Shown: positions 18,398 through 27,015 of the stretch, piece after piece
How the letters are laid out: the number at the start of each line of letters is the position of its first letter
How positions within the stretch are numbered: the stretch's first letter is position 1
From: Planctomycetota bacterium
GTDB lineage: Bacteria; Planctomycetota; MHYJ01; JACPRB01
Assembly (NCBI GenBank): GCA_035574235.1
Contig: DATLZA010000078.1
Location: 214-64,213 of the forward strand
Reading direction: 5' to 3'
Length of the DNA: 64,000 nucleotides
Made by a program: the position numbers and the translations under genes
Notes under the pieces: generated by a model
The model's input: only the letters and a program-made list of their open reading frames with translations
Told to the model about the DNA's origin: nothing
The model's database searches: none

Positions 18398-19729
18398 ATG
18401 AACGCGCTCATGGGGATTCTTCTCTTCCTTCAGTCGCAGGATGAATTCGAAAAGCTGAAGCGCGAGGTCGAAGAGTCCAGAAGGAAGCAGGAAGAGCTGG
18501 AAAAGCGGGTCGATTCTCTCCAGAAGGAGCAAAAAGAGTCGAAGAGCTTGCTTGACGAGATCGTCTCCCAGCGGAGGGAAAAAGAGCAGGAGGCCGAGAC
18601 GATCTTCGACGAAGGTTTCTGGTTCGTGGGCAAAGACGACCGGCTCCGCATCGGCGGCTCCGGCCAACTGGACGGCCGATTCTTTTTGGAAGAAGAGGAC
18701 GGTGACTCGAACTTCCTCATCCGTCGCGCGCGCCTCTTCGGAACCGGCGTCCTGGAGGAGAAGTGGGGCTACATGGTGATGGGACGATGGGACCAGCAGA
18801 CTCCGAACCTGCACTTCGCGTGGCTGGAGTCGCTGCACCTTCCCTGCGCGCGGTTCCGCGTCGGACTCTTCAAGGAACCCTTCAGCATGGAAGGGCTCCA
18901 CTCGGATCAGTATTGGGACTTCGCGGAACGATCTCTCGGCGTGGCGAACTTCCTTCAGCTTGAAGACATCGGGGCCATGCTCTACGGAAAGCTCTGGGAA
19001 GACCGGATCGAATACGGCGCGGGCGTCTTCAACGGTCGGGGTCGCAGCACCGAGAACAATCCCGACAAGGAATACGCCGGACGCCTTGTCTTGGCCCCCT
19101 TTCACAAAGGGATAAACCTCCTCGACAACCTGTACTTGGGGGTCTCCGCGTCAACCTCCGGTCAGGAAGAGACCCTCGGCGGTACAGGGTTCCAGACAGG
19201 AGCAGGGACGCGCTTCTGGACGTGGTCGAGCGGGCCGGCCGCGGCGGTGAACGACGACCGTGTCCGCTGGGGCGCGGATCTCGAATGGCTCTACGGCCCC
19301 GCCGCGATCCGCGCGGAATACATCCACGTCGACTGGGGGCAGGTGACCCGAGGAACCGTGAAAGAAGAGTTCACCGGCAGCGGCTGGTTCGTCGAAGGGG
19401 CCTGCGTGCTTTCGGGAGAGAATAAGCGCCGGAACCGGCCCGTCTTCCCGGCGCAGAACTTCGATCCCGCCAAGGGTACGTGGGGCGCTTGGGAAGCCGT
19501 CGCACGATATGAAGAATTCACGCTCGAAAAAGACGTCCTTCAGGCAGGCTTGGCGACGGGGACGGACAAAGCCAAGGGCTATACGATCGGGGTTAACCAT
19601 TACCCCAACAAACACATGGCGGTCAAGATCCAATTGCAGCACCTGAGATTCGACGACGACATCACGGTCGGATCTCATCGGACCAACGACGAGGTCGTCC
19701 TCTTCGTGCGGTTTCAGTTTGAGTTCTAG
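18398..19729 (+). CDS. phosphate-selective porin O/P (OprO/OprP) family outer-membrane beta-barrel
   Basis: 443 aa with an N-terminal coiled coil (EFEKLKREVEESRRKQEELEKRVDSLQKEQ) followed by alternating beta-strand sequence. Ends FVRFQFEF with a C-terminal Phe. Clearly lower GC3 than host genes. Confidence 0.7.
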   Translation: MNALMGILLFLQSQDEFEKLKREVEESRRKQEELEKRVDSLQKEQKESKSLLDEIVSQRREKEQEAETIFDEGFWFVGKDDRLRIGGSGQLDGRFFLEEEDGDSNFLIRRARLFGTGVLEEKWGYMVMGRWDQQTPNLHFAWLESLHLPCARFRVGLFKEPFSMEGLHSDQYWDFAERSLGVANFLQLEDIGAMLYGKLWEDRIEYGAGVFNGRGRSTENNPDKEYAGRLVLAPFHKGINLLDNLYLGVSASTSGQEETLGGTGFQTGAGTRFWTWSSGPAAAVNDDRVRWGADLEWLYGPAAIRAEYIHVDWGQVTRGTVKEEFTGSGWFVEGACVLSGENKRRNRPVFPAQNFDPAKGTWGAWEAVARYEEFTLEKDVLQAGLATGTDKAKGYTIGVNHYPNKHMAVKIQLQHLRFDDDITVGSHRTNDEVVLFVRFQFEF

Positions 19730-19739
19730 GGAGGAAGAT

Positions 19740-20252
19740 ATGTCCATGTCGTGGCGGGAGTTCTGGACCGTCTTCCACGGGATGGTCGTGGGGGCGATCT
19801 ACCTTCTGGCCTTCGCCGGCGGCTTGGCGGGACTTTGGAACCTGAAGAGGTGGCTCGTAACCGAGGCCGGCTTGGCCGAGCGCATGCGCCATCTCAAGAT
19901 AGGGATGTGGGTTATGGCGATCGTCTGCTGGGCTACGGTCATCAGTGGCACCTACATCGTTTACCCATGGTACCGTGCGAATGCCCCCACGAGCCCGCGC
20001 TCGATGCTCCTGGCCCATCCGCAAAAGGCAGCCTGGCACACCTTCGCGATGGAATGGAAGGAGCACGTGGCGTGGGCCTCTCCGATCCTGGCCACCGCGG
20101 CGGCGGCCTTGGTCATGATGTACGGCATCGAGTTGGCCAATCGCCATGAGCTCCGGCGGGCGACCATGACCTTCTTCATCCTGGCCTTCGGCTCGGCCGC
20201 GGTCGCGGGCGTCTTCGGCGCGTTCATCAATAAAGTGGCCCCGATCCTTTGA
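19740..20252 (+). CDS. hypothetical 4-TM membrane protein
   Basis: GGGAGGAAGA RBS then ATG at 19740 (MSMSWREFWTVFHGMVVGAIYLLAFAGGLAGLW...). Hydrophobic helices throughout. Directly follows the porin. Confidence 0.55.
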   Translation: MSMSWREFWTVFHGMVVGAIYLLAFAGGLAGLWNLKRWLVTEAGLAERMRHLKIGMWVMAIVCWATVISGTYIVYPWYRANAPTSPRSMLLAHPQKAAWHTFAMEWKEHVAWASPILATAAAALVMMYGIELANRHELRRATMTFFILAFGSAAVAGVFGAFINKVAPIL

Positions 20253-20258
20253 GGTGAC

Positions 20259-20630
20259 ATGATGATCGAAACAGCTAAAGACGCAAAGGAAACACCCGTT
20301 GAGCCAAAGCTGAAACCGAGCGGTCCCGCGATGGCGGTCCTCCTCTCGGCGGCGATCGGCGTCTTTGTGAGCGGGCTGGCCACCGTCCTTGCGTCGGCGA
20401 GCACGGCGGTCAATGACGCGCTCAACTGGTGGAACCCGGCCGGCCCGCTCACAGGCAAAACAGGAGTGGGCGTCATCGCCTGGTTGGTCACATGGACGGC
20501 GGCTCACGCCCTGTGGCATGACAAAGAAATCGCTTTCAAGCGGGTGTGGATCGTCTCGCTCATCCTCATCTTCCTGGGGATGGTGATGATGTTTCCGCCC
20601 GTTTTCCAGACCTTCGAGGCGCACAAGTGA
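20259..20630 (+). CDS. hypothetical small membrane protein (123 aa)
   Basis: MMIETAKDAKETPVEPKLKPSGPAMAVLLSAAIGVFVSGLATVLASAS... with 3-4 predicted TM helices. Lies 6 nt after the previous gene. Confidence 0.5.
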   Translation: MMIETAKDAKETPVEPKLKPSGPAMAVLLSAAIGVFVSGLATVLASASTAVNDALNWWNPAGPLTGKTGVGVIAWLVTWTAAHALWHDKEIAFKRVWIVSLILIFLGMVMMFPPVFQTFEAHK

Positions 20631-21042
20631 AAGGGGGGAGCGGTAGGTTTCTCAGGTTTCGTCGCCTTTGGACGCCGACTTAAACTACACTCGCCCCGTC
20701 GTCGAAGGGACTCCCTCGACTTCATAAGAAACCCTGCGATTCCCCTCGGTCTGGAGTGATCCCCCCTTTTCAGGCCCCCCCTCAGGCGATCCACCCCGTC
20801 CTGCGTGCGGTGGCGATCCTGGGTACCTGGCCGACGTGCCGCGCCCAATTCGGCTCGCGCGGCGGCCGGAAACCGGCGGAGGGCCGTCGCCCGGGGTTCG
20901 AGAATGTCCGCCGCGGAGGTCCCGGGGCAGAATCCCCCATCGGCTTGCCGTTCCAGGGGAGCAGCGGGTACACTTTTCCCCGTACGCTGCCGGCTCATCG
21001 ACGGCACGAGGCGACCGTGAAGCGGCGGCCGGCGCCGGCGGC

Positions 21043-21984
21043 ATGGCTGACCCACGCATGATCATCGAACTCGACGCCGTCACCAAGCACTACGGCGGGG
21101 TGCGGGCCCTGGACGGCCTGAGCGCCACGCTGTCCGAGGGCGTGATCGGACTTCTCGGCCCGAACGGCGCCGGGAAAAGCACGCTCCTCAAGGTGCTCCT
21201 GGGGCTCGTCCGCCTGAGTTCGGGCCGCGCGAGGGTCCTCGGCCTGGACGCGCGCCGCCACTCGCGCTCGATCCGCCGGCAGGTCGGCTACATGCCCGAG
21301 GACGATTGCACCATCGCCGGCCTGAGCGGCGTCCAGTCGGTCGCGTTCGCGGGGGAGCTGGCCGGCCTCCCGCCCCGCACGGCGCTCCGGCGGGCGCACG
21401 AGATGCTGGACTATGTGGGCGTCACCGAAGAGCGCTACCGCGAGGTCCAGACCTATTCCACCGGCATGAAGCAGCGCGTCAAGCTCGCCCAGGCCATCAT
21501 CCATGCGCCGAGTCTCGTTTTTCTGGACGAGCCGACGAGCGGCCTCGACCCGCAGGGGCGGGAGCGGATGCTCGCGCTCATCCGGAGCCTCTTCGCCCGG
21601 AGCCGGGTGAGCGTGGTGGTTTCCACCCACATCCTCCAGGACGTGGAGGCGTGCTGCGATTCGGTGCTCATCCTCGCCAAGGGCCGCGCGCTCGTGAACG
21701 GACGCCTGGCGGACCTCCGGCAATCCGTGGATTCGAGCCTGTTCGTCCGCTTCGCCGGCGACGGATCGGCCTTCGCCAAGGCCCTTCAAGGGCTCGGCTG
21801 CGCCGCCGAACCGGCGGGACCCGAGGAGCTGCGCGTGAGCGGAGACCCTCAAGGATTGCCCGAGCGGATCTTCCGGGCGGCGCGGGAGAGCCGGGCGGTC
21901 GTTCGGCAGCTCGCGGCCGGCCGGACGTCGCTCGAAGAAATTTTTCTCAAGGCCGTGACGGGGGACCGCGATGCCCATCTATGA
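21043..21984 (+). CDS. ABC transporter ATP-binding protein
   Basis: Walker A GPNGAGKST, signature STGMKQRVKLAQA, Walker B LVFLDEPTSGLD. Start taken at MADPRMIIELDAV. Confidence 0.9.
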   Translation: MADPRMIIELDAVTKHYGGVRALDGLSATLSEGVIGLLGPNGAGKSTLLKVLLGLVRLSSGRARVLGLDARRHSRSIRRQVGYMPEDDCTIAGLSGVQSVAFAGELAGLPPRTALRRAHEMLDYVGVTEERYREVQTYSTGMKQRVKLAQAIIHAPSLVFLDEPTSGLDPQGRERMLALIRSLFARSRVSVVVSTHILQDVEACCDSVLILAKGRALVNGRLADLRQSVDSSLFVRFAGDGSAFAKALQGLGCAAEPAGPEELRVSGDPQGLPERIFRAARESRAVVRQLAAGRTSLEEIFLKAVTGDRDAHL

Positions 21985-22957
21985 CCTGGGCTACCGGCCC
22001 TGGACGGGGCGGCTCACCCCCGCGTGGTCCCGCTGGTGGGCGATTTCCCGCTCCGGGATCGGCCTGGCCTTCCGGAGCAAGATCCTGCGCCGGTGCCTCT
22101 TCCTGGCGATCGCGCCCCTCCTGTACTTCGGGCCTCTCTTCTTCGCGATCGGCTCGCTCACGGATCCGGACTCCGGCTGGGGAAACATGGTGCGCCGCTT
22201 CCTGGGAGGGGGGCTGACGGAGCGGCTCGTCGAAGACCCGGCTTCGGTCCGGCCGCAGGTCTGGTCGGCGATCTTCGCCTATTACTTCATGTACTTCCAG
22301 AGCTCGCTGACGTTTCTCGTCCTGGCCATCGTGGGACCCCCGCTCATTTCGCAGGACGTCCGGAGCAAAGCCTTCCTTCTCTACTTTTCCAAGCCGATCA
22401 CACGGATGGAATATCTGCTCGGGAAGGGAGGAACCGCGCTCTTTTACGTGCTCCTCGTCACGCTCGTTCCGGGCCTGGTGCTTTATGTCCTGAGCGTCGC
22501 TTTCTCGCCCTCCTTGAGCGTCGTCGCGGACACGGCGGCCACGATACCCCGAATCCTCGCCGCCTCCGCGGTCCTCGCCGTGCCCGCGACGCTCGTGGTC
22601 CTGGCTCTCTCGTCGCTCACGGACAATCCCCGCTTCGCGACGTTCGGCTGGATCGCCCTGTGCCTTCTGGGACCCGTCTTCGTCTTCACCCTCGAGCACG
22701 TTCCGGAGCTCCGGGGATCCTCCTGGCTCTTTTTCCTCTCGCTCCACGAAGCCGCTTTCGTCGTCGTGGGAGCCCTGTTCGACGTCGAGGGGATCGTGCG
22801 GCTGGCGAAGGAACTCCATGCGCCGGATCTTTACGAGGTCCTCGACCTGCTCCATTCGCCCTATTCGCCCGCGACGGCGGCCGTTTATCTGGCCGGAGTC
22901 TGCGGGCTCGCGGTCGCGGTCGTCTACCGGCGCATCTCCGCGCCCCTGAGGGTCTGA
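21971..22957 (+). CDS. ABC-2 family transporter permease
   Basis: Start overlaps the upstream ATPase by 14 nt. 6 predicted TM helices, ABC-2-like. Confidence 0.75.
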   Translation: MPIYDLGYRPWTGRLTPAWSRWWAISRSGIGLAFRSKILRRCLFLAIAPLLYFGPLFFAIGSLTDPDSGWGNMVRRFLGGGLTERLVEDPASVRPQVWSAIFAYYFMYFQSSLTFLVLAIVGPPLISQDVRSKAFLLYFSKPITRMEYLLGKGGTALFYVLLVTLVPGLVLYVLSVAFSPSLSVVADTAATIPRILAASAVLAVPATLVVLALSSLTDNPRFATFGWIALCLLGPVFVFTLEHVPELRGSSWLFFLSLHEAAFVVVGALFDVEGIVRLAKELHAPDLYEVLDLLHSPYSPATAAVYLAGVCGLAVAVVYRRISAPLRV

Positions 22958-23886
22958 TGCCGAACGTCGTCGAAGCCCGGTCCCTGACCAAGCTCTATGG
23001 CACCGTCCTGGGCGTCAACGACGTGACGCTGGAGCTTCCCTCCGGCGTGCACGGTCTCCTGGGCCCGAACGGGGCCGGAAAGTCCACGCTGCTCAAGCTC
23101 GTCACCGGCCAGCTCCGGCCCACGGAAGGGGAGATCCGGGTCTTCGGCGAACGGCCGTGGGGCCATCCGGCCCTCTTCCGGAGAGTGGGGTTCTGCCCCG
23201 AGCAGGACGCCTTTTACGATTTCCTCACGGGGCTGGAGTTCGTGACCTTGCTCGCCCGGGCCTCCGGGGTGGGCGGCCCGGCGGCGCGGCGCCGCGCGGA
23301 GGAGGCCTTGGAACGCGCCGGCGCGGCCGAGTACATGAACCGGAAGATCGCCACGTACTCCAAGGGGATGCGCCAGCGGACCAAGGTGGCCCAGGCCCTG
23401 GTTCACGATCCGGAGCTCATCATTCTCGATGAGCCGCTCACGGGCACGGATCCCATCGGGCGCCACGACCTCATGGAGCTCGTGCGCCGTCTCGGAGGCG
23501 AGGGGAAGAGCATTCTCATTTCGAGCCATGTGCTCCACGAAGTCCAGGCGATGACGGAAAACTTCGTCCTCATCTACGGGGGGCGGGTCCTGGCCTCCGG
23601 AAACGTTCACGACATCCGCGGCCTCATGAACGAGTACCCGCACCGGATCACGCTTCGGTGCGAGGACGCGCGGGCGGCGGGGCATGTGCTTCTGCGCGAC
23701 CTGCCCGTTCTGGGCGTGGAACTGGATCCCGGGACCGGCACGGTCTCGATCCGGACCCACGATCCGAAAGCGTTCTATGAAGGCCTGGCGGCCGTGGTGC
23801 TGGAAGGCGGGATCAAGGTGAAGGAGGTCGTGTCGCAGGACGACAACCTCGACGCGGTCTTCCATTATCTGGTGACGAGGGACTGA
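22957..23886 (+). CDS. ABC transporter ATP-binding protein (second copy)
   Basis: ATG shares one base with the upstream TGA (tgATG). Walker A GPNGAGKST, signature SKGMRQRTKVAQA, Walker B LIILDEPLTGTD. Confidence 0.9.
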   Translation: MPNVVEARSLTKLYGTVLGVNDVTLELPSGVHGLLGPNGAGKSTLLKLVTGQLRPTEGEIRVFGERPWGHPALFRRVGFCPEQDAFYDFLTGLEFVTLLARASGVGGPAARRRAEEALERAGAAEYMNRKIATYSKGMRQRTKVAQALVHDPELIILDEPLTGTDPIGRHDLMELVRRLGGEGKSILISSHVLHEVQAMTENFVLIYGGRVLASGNVHDIRGLMNEYPHRITLRCEDARAAGHVLLRDLPVLGVELDPGTGTVSIRTHDPKAFYEGLAAVVLEGGIKVKEVVSQDDNLDAVFHYLVTRD

Positions 23887-24644
23887 TGGGCGCGATGGCG
23901 TGGCTTCAGTTCCGGCAGATCCTGGCGGGCCGGAAGGTCTGGCTCGTGGTCTTTTTGCTCGCGCTTCCCGTGGGGCTGACCGGCTTGATCGTCTCGGTCG
24001 GAGGATGGAGCGACCTGCCCGAGGAGGAGATCCTCCAGGCCGTGTATCTCTTCGTTCTTTATCCGCAGTCGATCTGCCTCCTTTTGGCCCTCCTTTACGG
24101 GACCTCGGTGCTCAACGAGGAACTCGAGGGGAAGACCGTGACGTACCTGTTCACCCGGCCGCTGGAGCGGTGGAGGATTCTGGTGGGAAAATACGCCGCG
24201 GTCGTCGCGTGCCTGGCGGTCCCGGCGCTGGGAAGCCTGGGGATCTCCTGGTGGCTCATGGGCTCGCCGGGGGGAGCGTCTTATATCCTGGGCTTCGCGC
24301 TGGCGGTGCTGGGGGCGCTGGCGGCCTATACGGCGATCTTCACGGCGTTCGGGGTCCTCTTCCGGACGAGAACGCTCGTCATCGGACTTCTTTACGCCAT
24401 CACGATCGAGTTCGTGCTCTCGTTCGTGCCCGCGGTGGTGAGCTCGCTCTCGGCGGCTTATTACCTGCGCTCGGTCGTCGTCCGCGTCGCACGCCTCGAG
24501 CTGCCGAAGGAGCTCCTGCCCTTCGTGGGGGAGTCCTCCCTCCTGGGGGCGGCTCTCCTCCTTGGGGCGATTACCGCGGGAGGGCTCGGCCTCGCGTCGT
24601 TCGTCTGCCGCCGGCGCGAGTACGTGGTCACGGAACAGCTCTAG
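23886..24644 (+). CDS. ABC-2 family transporter permease (second copy)
   Basis: Start shares one base with the upstream stop. Multi-TM hydrophobic protein MGAMAWLQFRQILAGRKVWLVVFLLALPVG. Confidence 0.75.
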   Translation: MGAMAWLQFRQILAGRKVWLVVFLLALPVGLTGLIVSVGGWSDLPEEEILQAVYLFVLYPQSICLLLALLYGTSVLNEELEGKTVTYLFTRPLERWRILVGKYAAVVACLAVPALGSLGISWWLMGSPGGASYILGFALAVLGALAAYTAIFTAFGVLFRTRTLVIGLLYAITIEFVLSFVPAVVSSLSAAYYLRSVVVRVARLELPKELLPFVGESSLLGAALLLGAITAGGLGLASFVCRRREYVVTEQL

Positions 24645-25911
24645 CGGCGGCGAAACCGCGCACCGCCGGGGATCGCGGCGCCGTTCCGATCCCTCCCTCC
24701 CCCCGCAGGAGCGCGTACAATTCGGCCACCGTCGGCCGCCCGGAAACGGCCGCGTCCTTCACCCCCCGCGCCCGCAGCCACTCCGCCGCCGCCTCCGGCG
24801 TAAAGGCCTCGAACTCCACCCGCGCCAGACACCGCCCCGGCCGCAGAAACGCCGGATCGATCCGGTCCACCTCCTCGTTGAACGTCAGAACGAAGATGTC
24901 CTGCCGCCCCTGCCCGATCAGACCGTCCGTCATGTTGAGCAGCTTCCCCACCTTGTCGAAATGCGACGCGCGACTTTCCTGAAGCACCAGATCCGCCGAG
25001 TCCTCCAGAACGAACAGGCGGCGTTCCCCTTCGCTCTCCTCCGAGGGCTCCTCGTCCCCGTCGTCCGAGCCGTCCCCGGCCAGGTGGTGGTAGTAGTCCG
25101 GCTGCGCCGCCAGGTTCTCCGGATCGGTCACGACCGTGAATCGAAAGCGGTTCCGCCAGTGCATCATGAGCGCCCGCAGCGCGAACGTCTTACCCGTCCC
25201 CGGAGGTCCGTGCCAGATGAGAAGCTTCCCCCGCGCCCAGGGTTCCTCCAGGGCGAGAACCCGGTCGAGCGCGGCCTGCACCCCCGCGGGATAATTCCCG
25301 CGGATCTCCTCCCACACGGGGCACCGCAGAAAGACCGTCCTCCGGCAGACCACGCCCTGTTCCCGATGAGAAAACTCGGCCCACACGCCCCGCGGATCCC
25401 GATTCCGCTGGCGCCACGGCTCCAGTCTCCGCCGAAGATCCTCCAGAATCTCCGGCGCCTCCAGCGACGCCGCAAAGACATGGACCGAAAGGTCCTCGCC
25501 GCGGATCCGGAACCACGCCACCTGGTCCGGCTTGCGGAAAATCGCCGAGTACCCGTACCGGCCCTCCTCCCGCCAGCAGACCTCATAGTCCGAAAGGATT
25601 GACCGGATCGTGGACCAGCCGGCCTCCGGCATCACCTCCACCCTCATCCAGGTGGACGATCGCGGGCGAAAACCCTCCAGCGCCGCCAACCTCCCCCTCC
25701 ATGCGAGCTGATCGGGCTCCGAACTGACATCCAGGACGATCCTCTCCTCGGCCGCCATGAATACCCTCCCTTCGTTCCCGTCCAGCCCCTCATACGCGAC
25801 GGCGGTGTCGGAATAGGTCGCCGAGAGGGAAAACGTTTTTTCCCCGGTCCCGCCGAAGACTCCGGCGCCCACTCCGGCCTTTTCCGCGCCCGAGCGGCGG
25901 ATATAATCCAC
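24628..25911 (-). CDS. classic-clade AAA+ ATPase with an uncharacterized ~230-aa N-terminal domain
   Basis: Walker A LLIWHGPPGTGKTFALRAL, Walker B RLFVLEDSADL, SRH/arginine finger NMTDGL...RIDPAFLRPGRCLARVEF. No family recognised for the N-domain. The start may instead be the internal ATG at 25758 (MAAEERIVLD), because the 25911 start lies only 8 bp from the divergent GT start. Confidence 0.7.
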   Translation of the reverse strand: MDYIRRSGAEKAGVGAGVFGGTGEKTFSLSATYSDTAVAYEGLDGNEGRVFMAAEERIVLDVSSEPDQLAWRGRLAALEGFRPRSSTWMRVEVMPEAGWSTIRSILSDYEVCWREEGRYGYSAIFRKPDQVAWFRIRGEDLSVHVFAASLEAPEILEDLRRRLEPWRQRNRDPRGVWAEFSHREQGVVCRRTVFLRCPVWEEIRGNYPAGVQAALDRVLALEEPWARGKLLIWHGPPGTGKTFALRALMMHWRNRFRFTVVTDPENLAAQPDYYHHLAGDGSDDGDEEPSEESEGERRLFVLEDSADLVLQESRASHFDKVGKLLNMTDGLIGQGRQDIFVLTFNEEVDRIDPAFLRPGRCLARVEFEAFTPEAAAEWLRARGVKDAAVSGRPTVAELYALLRGEGGIGTAPRSPAVRGFAAARAVP

Positions 25912-25919
25912 TCCGCTCC

Positions 25920-26990
25920 ATGCGCGTTCTTCACCTGTTCGGCGACTGGAAATGGACCGGCCCCTCGGAGCCCACGCTCGATCTGTGCCTCGAGCTGCGC
26001 GCGCTCGGGGTGCGTGCCGACCTGGCCTGCCAGGAAGCTCCTCCCGAAGCGCGCGGGAGCCTCCCGGAGCGCGCCCGGGAGCGGGGCCTCGAGCCCCTGC
26101 ACGTGGCTCCTCTGCGCCGTTCGCTCTTCGGAGCGCTTCGGGACGTAGGCCCGGTGGCGGAGGCGCTGCGCGGCTACGATCTCCTTCACGTCCATTTCTC
26201 CCACGACCATTTCGTGGGCGGCCGGGCCGCCCGCCGCGAAGGCCGCGTCCGCGTCCTGCGCACCAACCACAAGGCCGTCCCGACGCCCGTGCACCTCGGG
26301 ACGCGCTACCTCTACCGCCGCCTGACGGACGGATACCTGACCTTCTCGCAGGCGGCCCTCGAGGCGGACACCGCCGCCTTCGGCGTGCGCGGCTGGCGCG
26401 TGGACCCGGGAATGCGCCTGGAGCGCTTCCAGCCCCGCGAGGTCCCCCACGAGGGGTTCGTCGTCGGCGTCGTCGCCCGCATCCAGCGCCACCGGCGGTT
26501 CGACGCGCTCCTGGCCGGCGTGGCCCGGGCGCGCGTGCCCGACCTGCGCGTCGTCGTCGTGGGCCGCGGGACCCGGATGCGGGAACTGGCCGTCGAGCCC
26601 GCGCGCCGCATGGGCCTTTCGAACGTCCTCTTCACGGGCTATCTCGGCGACCGGTATCTCGAGACGCTGGCGGGGTTCGACGCCCTTCTTTTTCTCGTGC
26701 CCGGCTCGGACGGCACCTGCCGCGCGGTGCGCGAGGCGATGGCGATGGGCAAGGCGGTCATCGGCGCCCGCCGGGGGATGATCCCGGAGCTCGTGGACGA
26801 CGGCGTGACGGGTCTCGTGATCGACGACACGCCGGACGGGATCGCCCGGGCGATCGAGCGCCTGGCGGCGGACCGGGAGCTTTGCCGGGCGATGGGGCGC
26901 GCGGGGCGGGAAAAGGCGCTGCGGCTCTACGACATCCGGCGTCAGGCCCAGGCCGTGCGGGAGATTTACCGGCAGATGCTGGCGCGGTGA
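25920..26990 (+). CDS. glycosyltransferase family 4 (GT-B, GT1/GT4 clan)
   Basis: MRVLHLFGDWKWTGPSEPTLDL N-domain and the C-terminal EX7E-like region (REAMAMGKAVIGARRGMIPELVDDGVTGLV). Confidence 0.85.
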   Translation: MRVLHLFGDWKWTGPSEPTLDLCLELRALGVRADLACQEAPPEARGSLPERARERGLEPLHVAPLRRSLFGALRDVGPVAEALRGYDLLHVHFSHDHFVGGRAARREGRVRVLRTNHKAVPTPVHLGTRYLYRRLTDGYLTFSQAALEADTAAFGVRGWRVDPGMRLERFQPREVPHEGFVVGVVARIQRHRRFDALLAGVARARVPDLRVVVVGRGTRMRELAVEPARRMGLSNVLFTGYLGDRYLETLAGFDALLFLVPGSDGTCRAVREAMAMGKAVIGARRGMIPELVDDGVTGLVIDDTPDGIARAIERLAADRELCRAMGRAGREKALRLYDIRRQAQAVREIYRQMLAR

Positions 26991-27015
26991 GCGCCCGGGA
27001 AGAGACCGGATCCCC

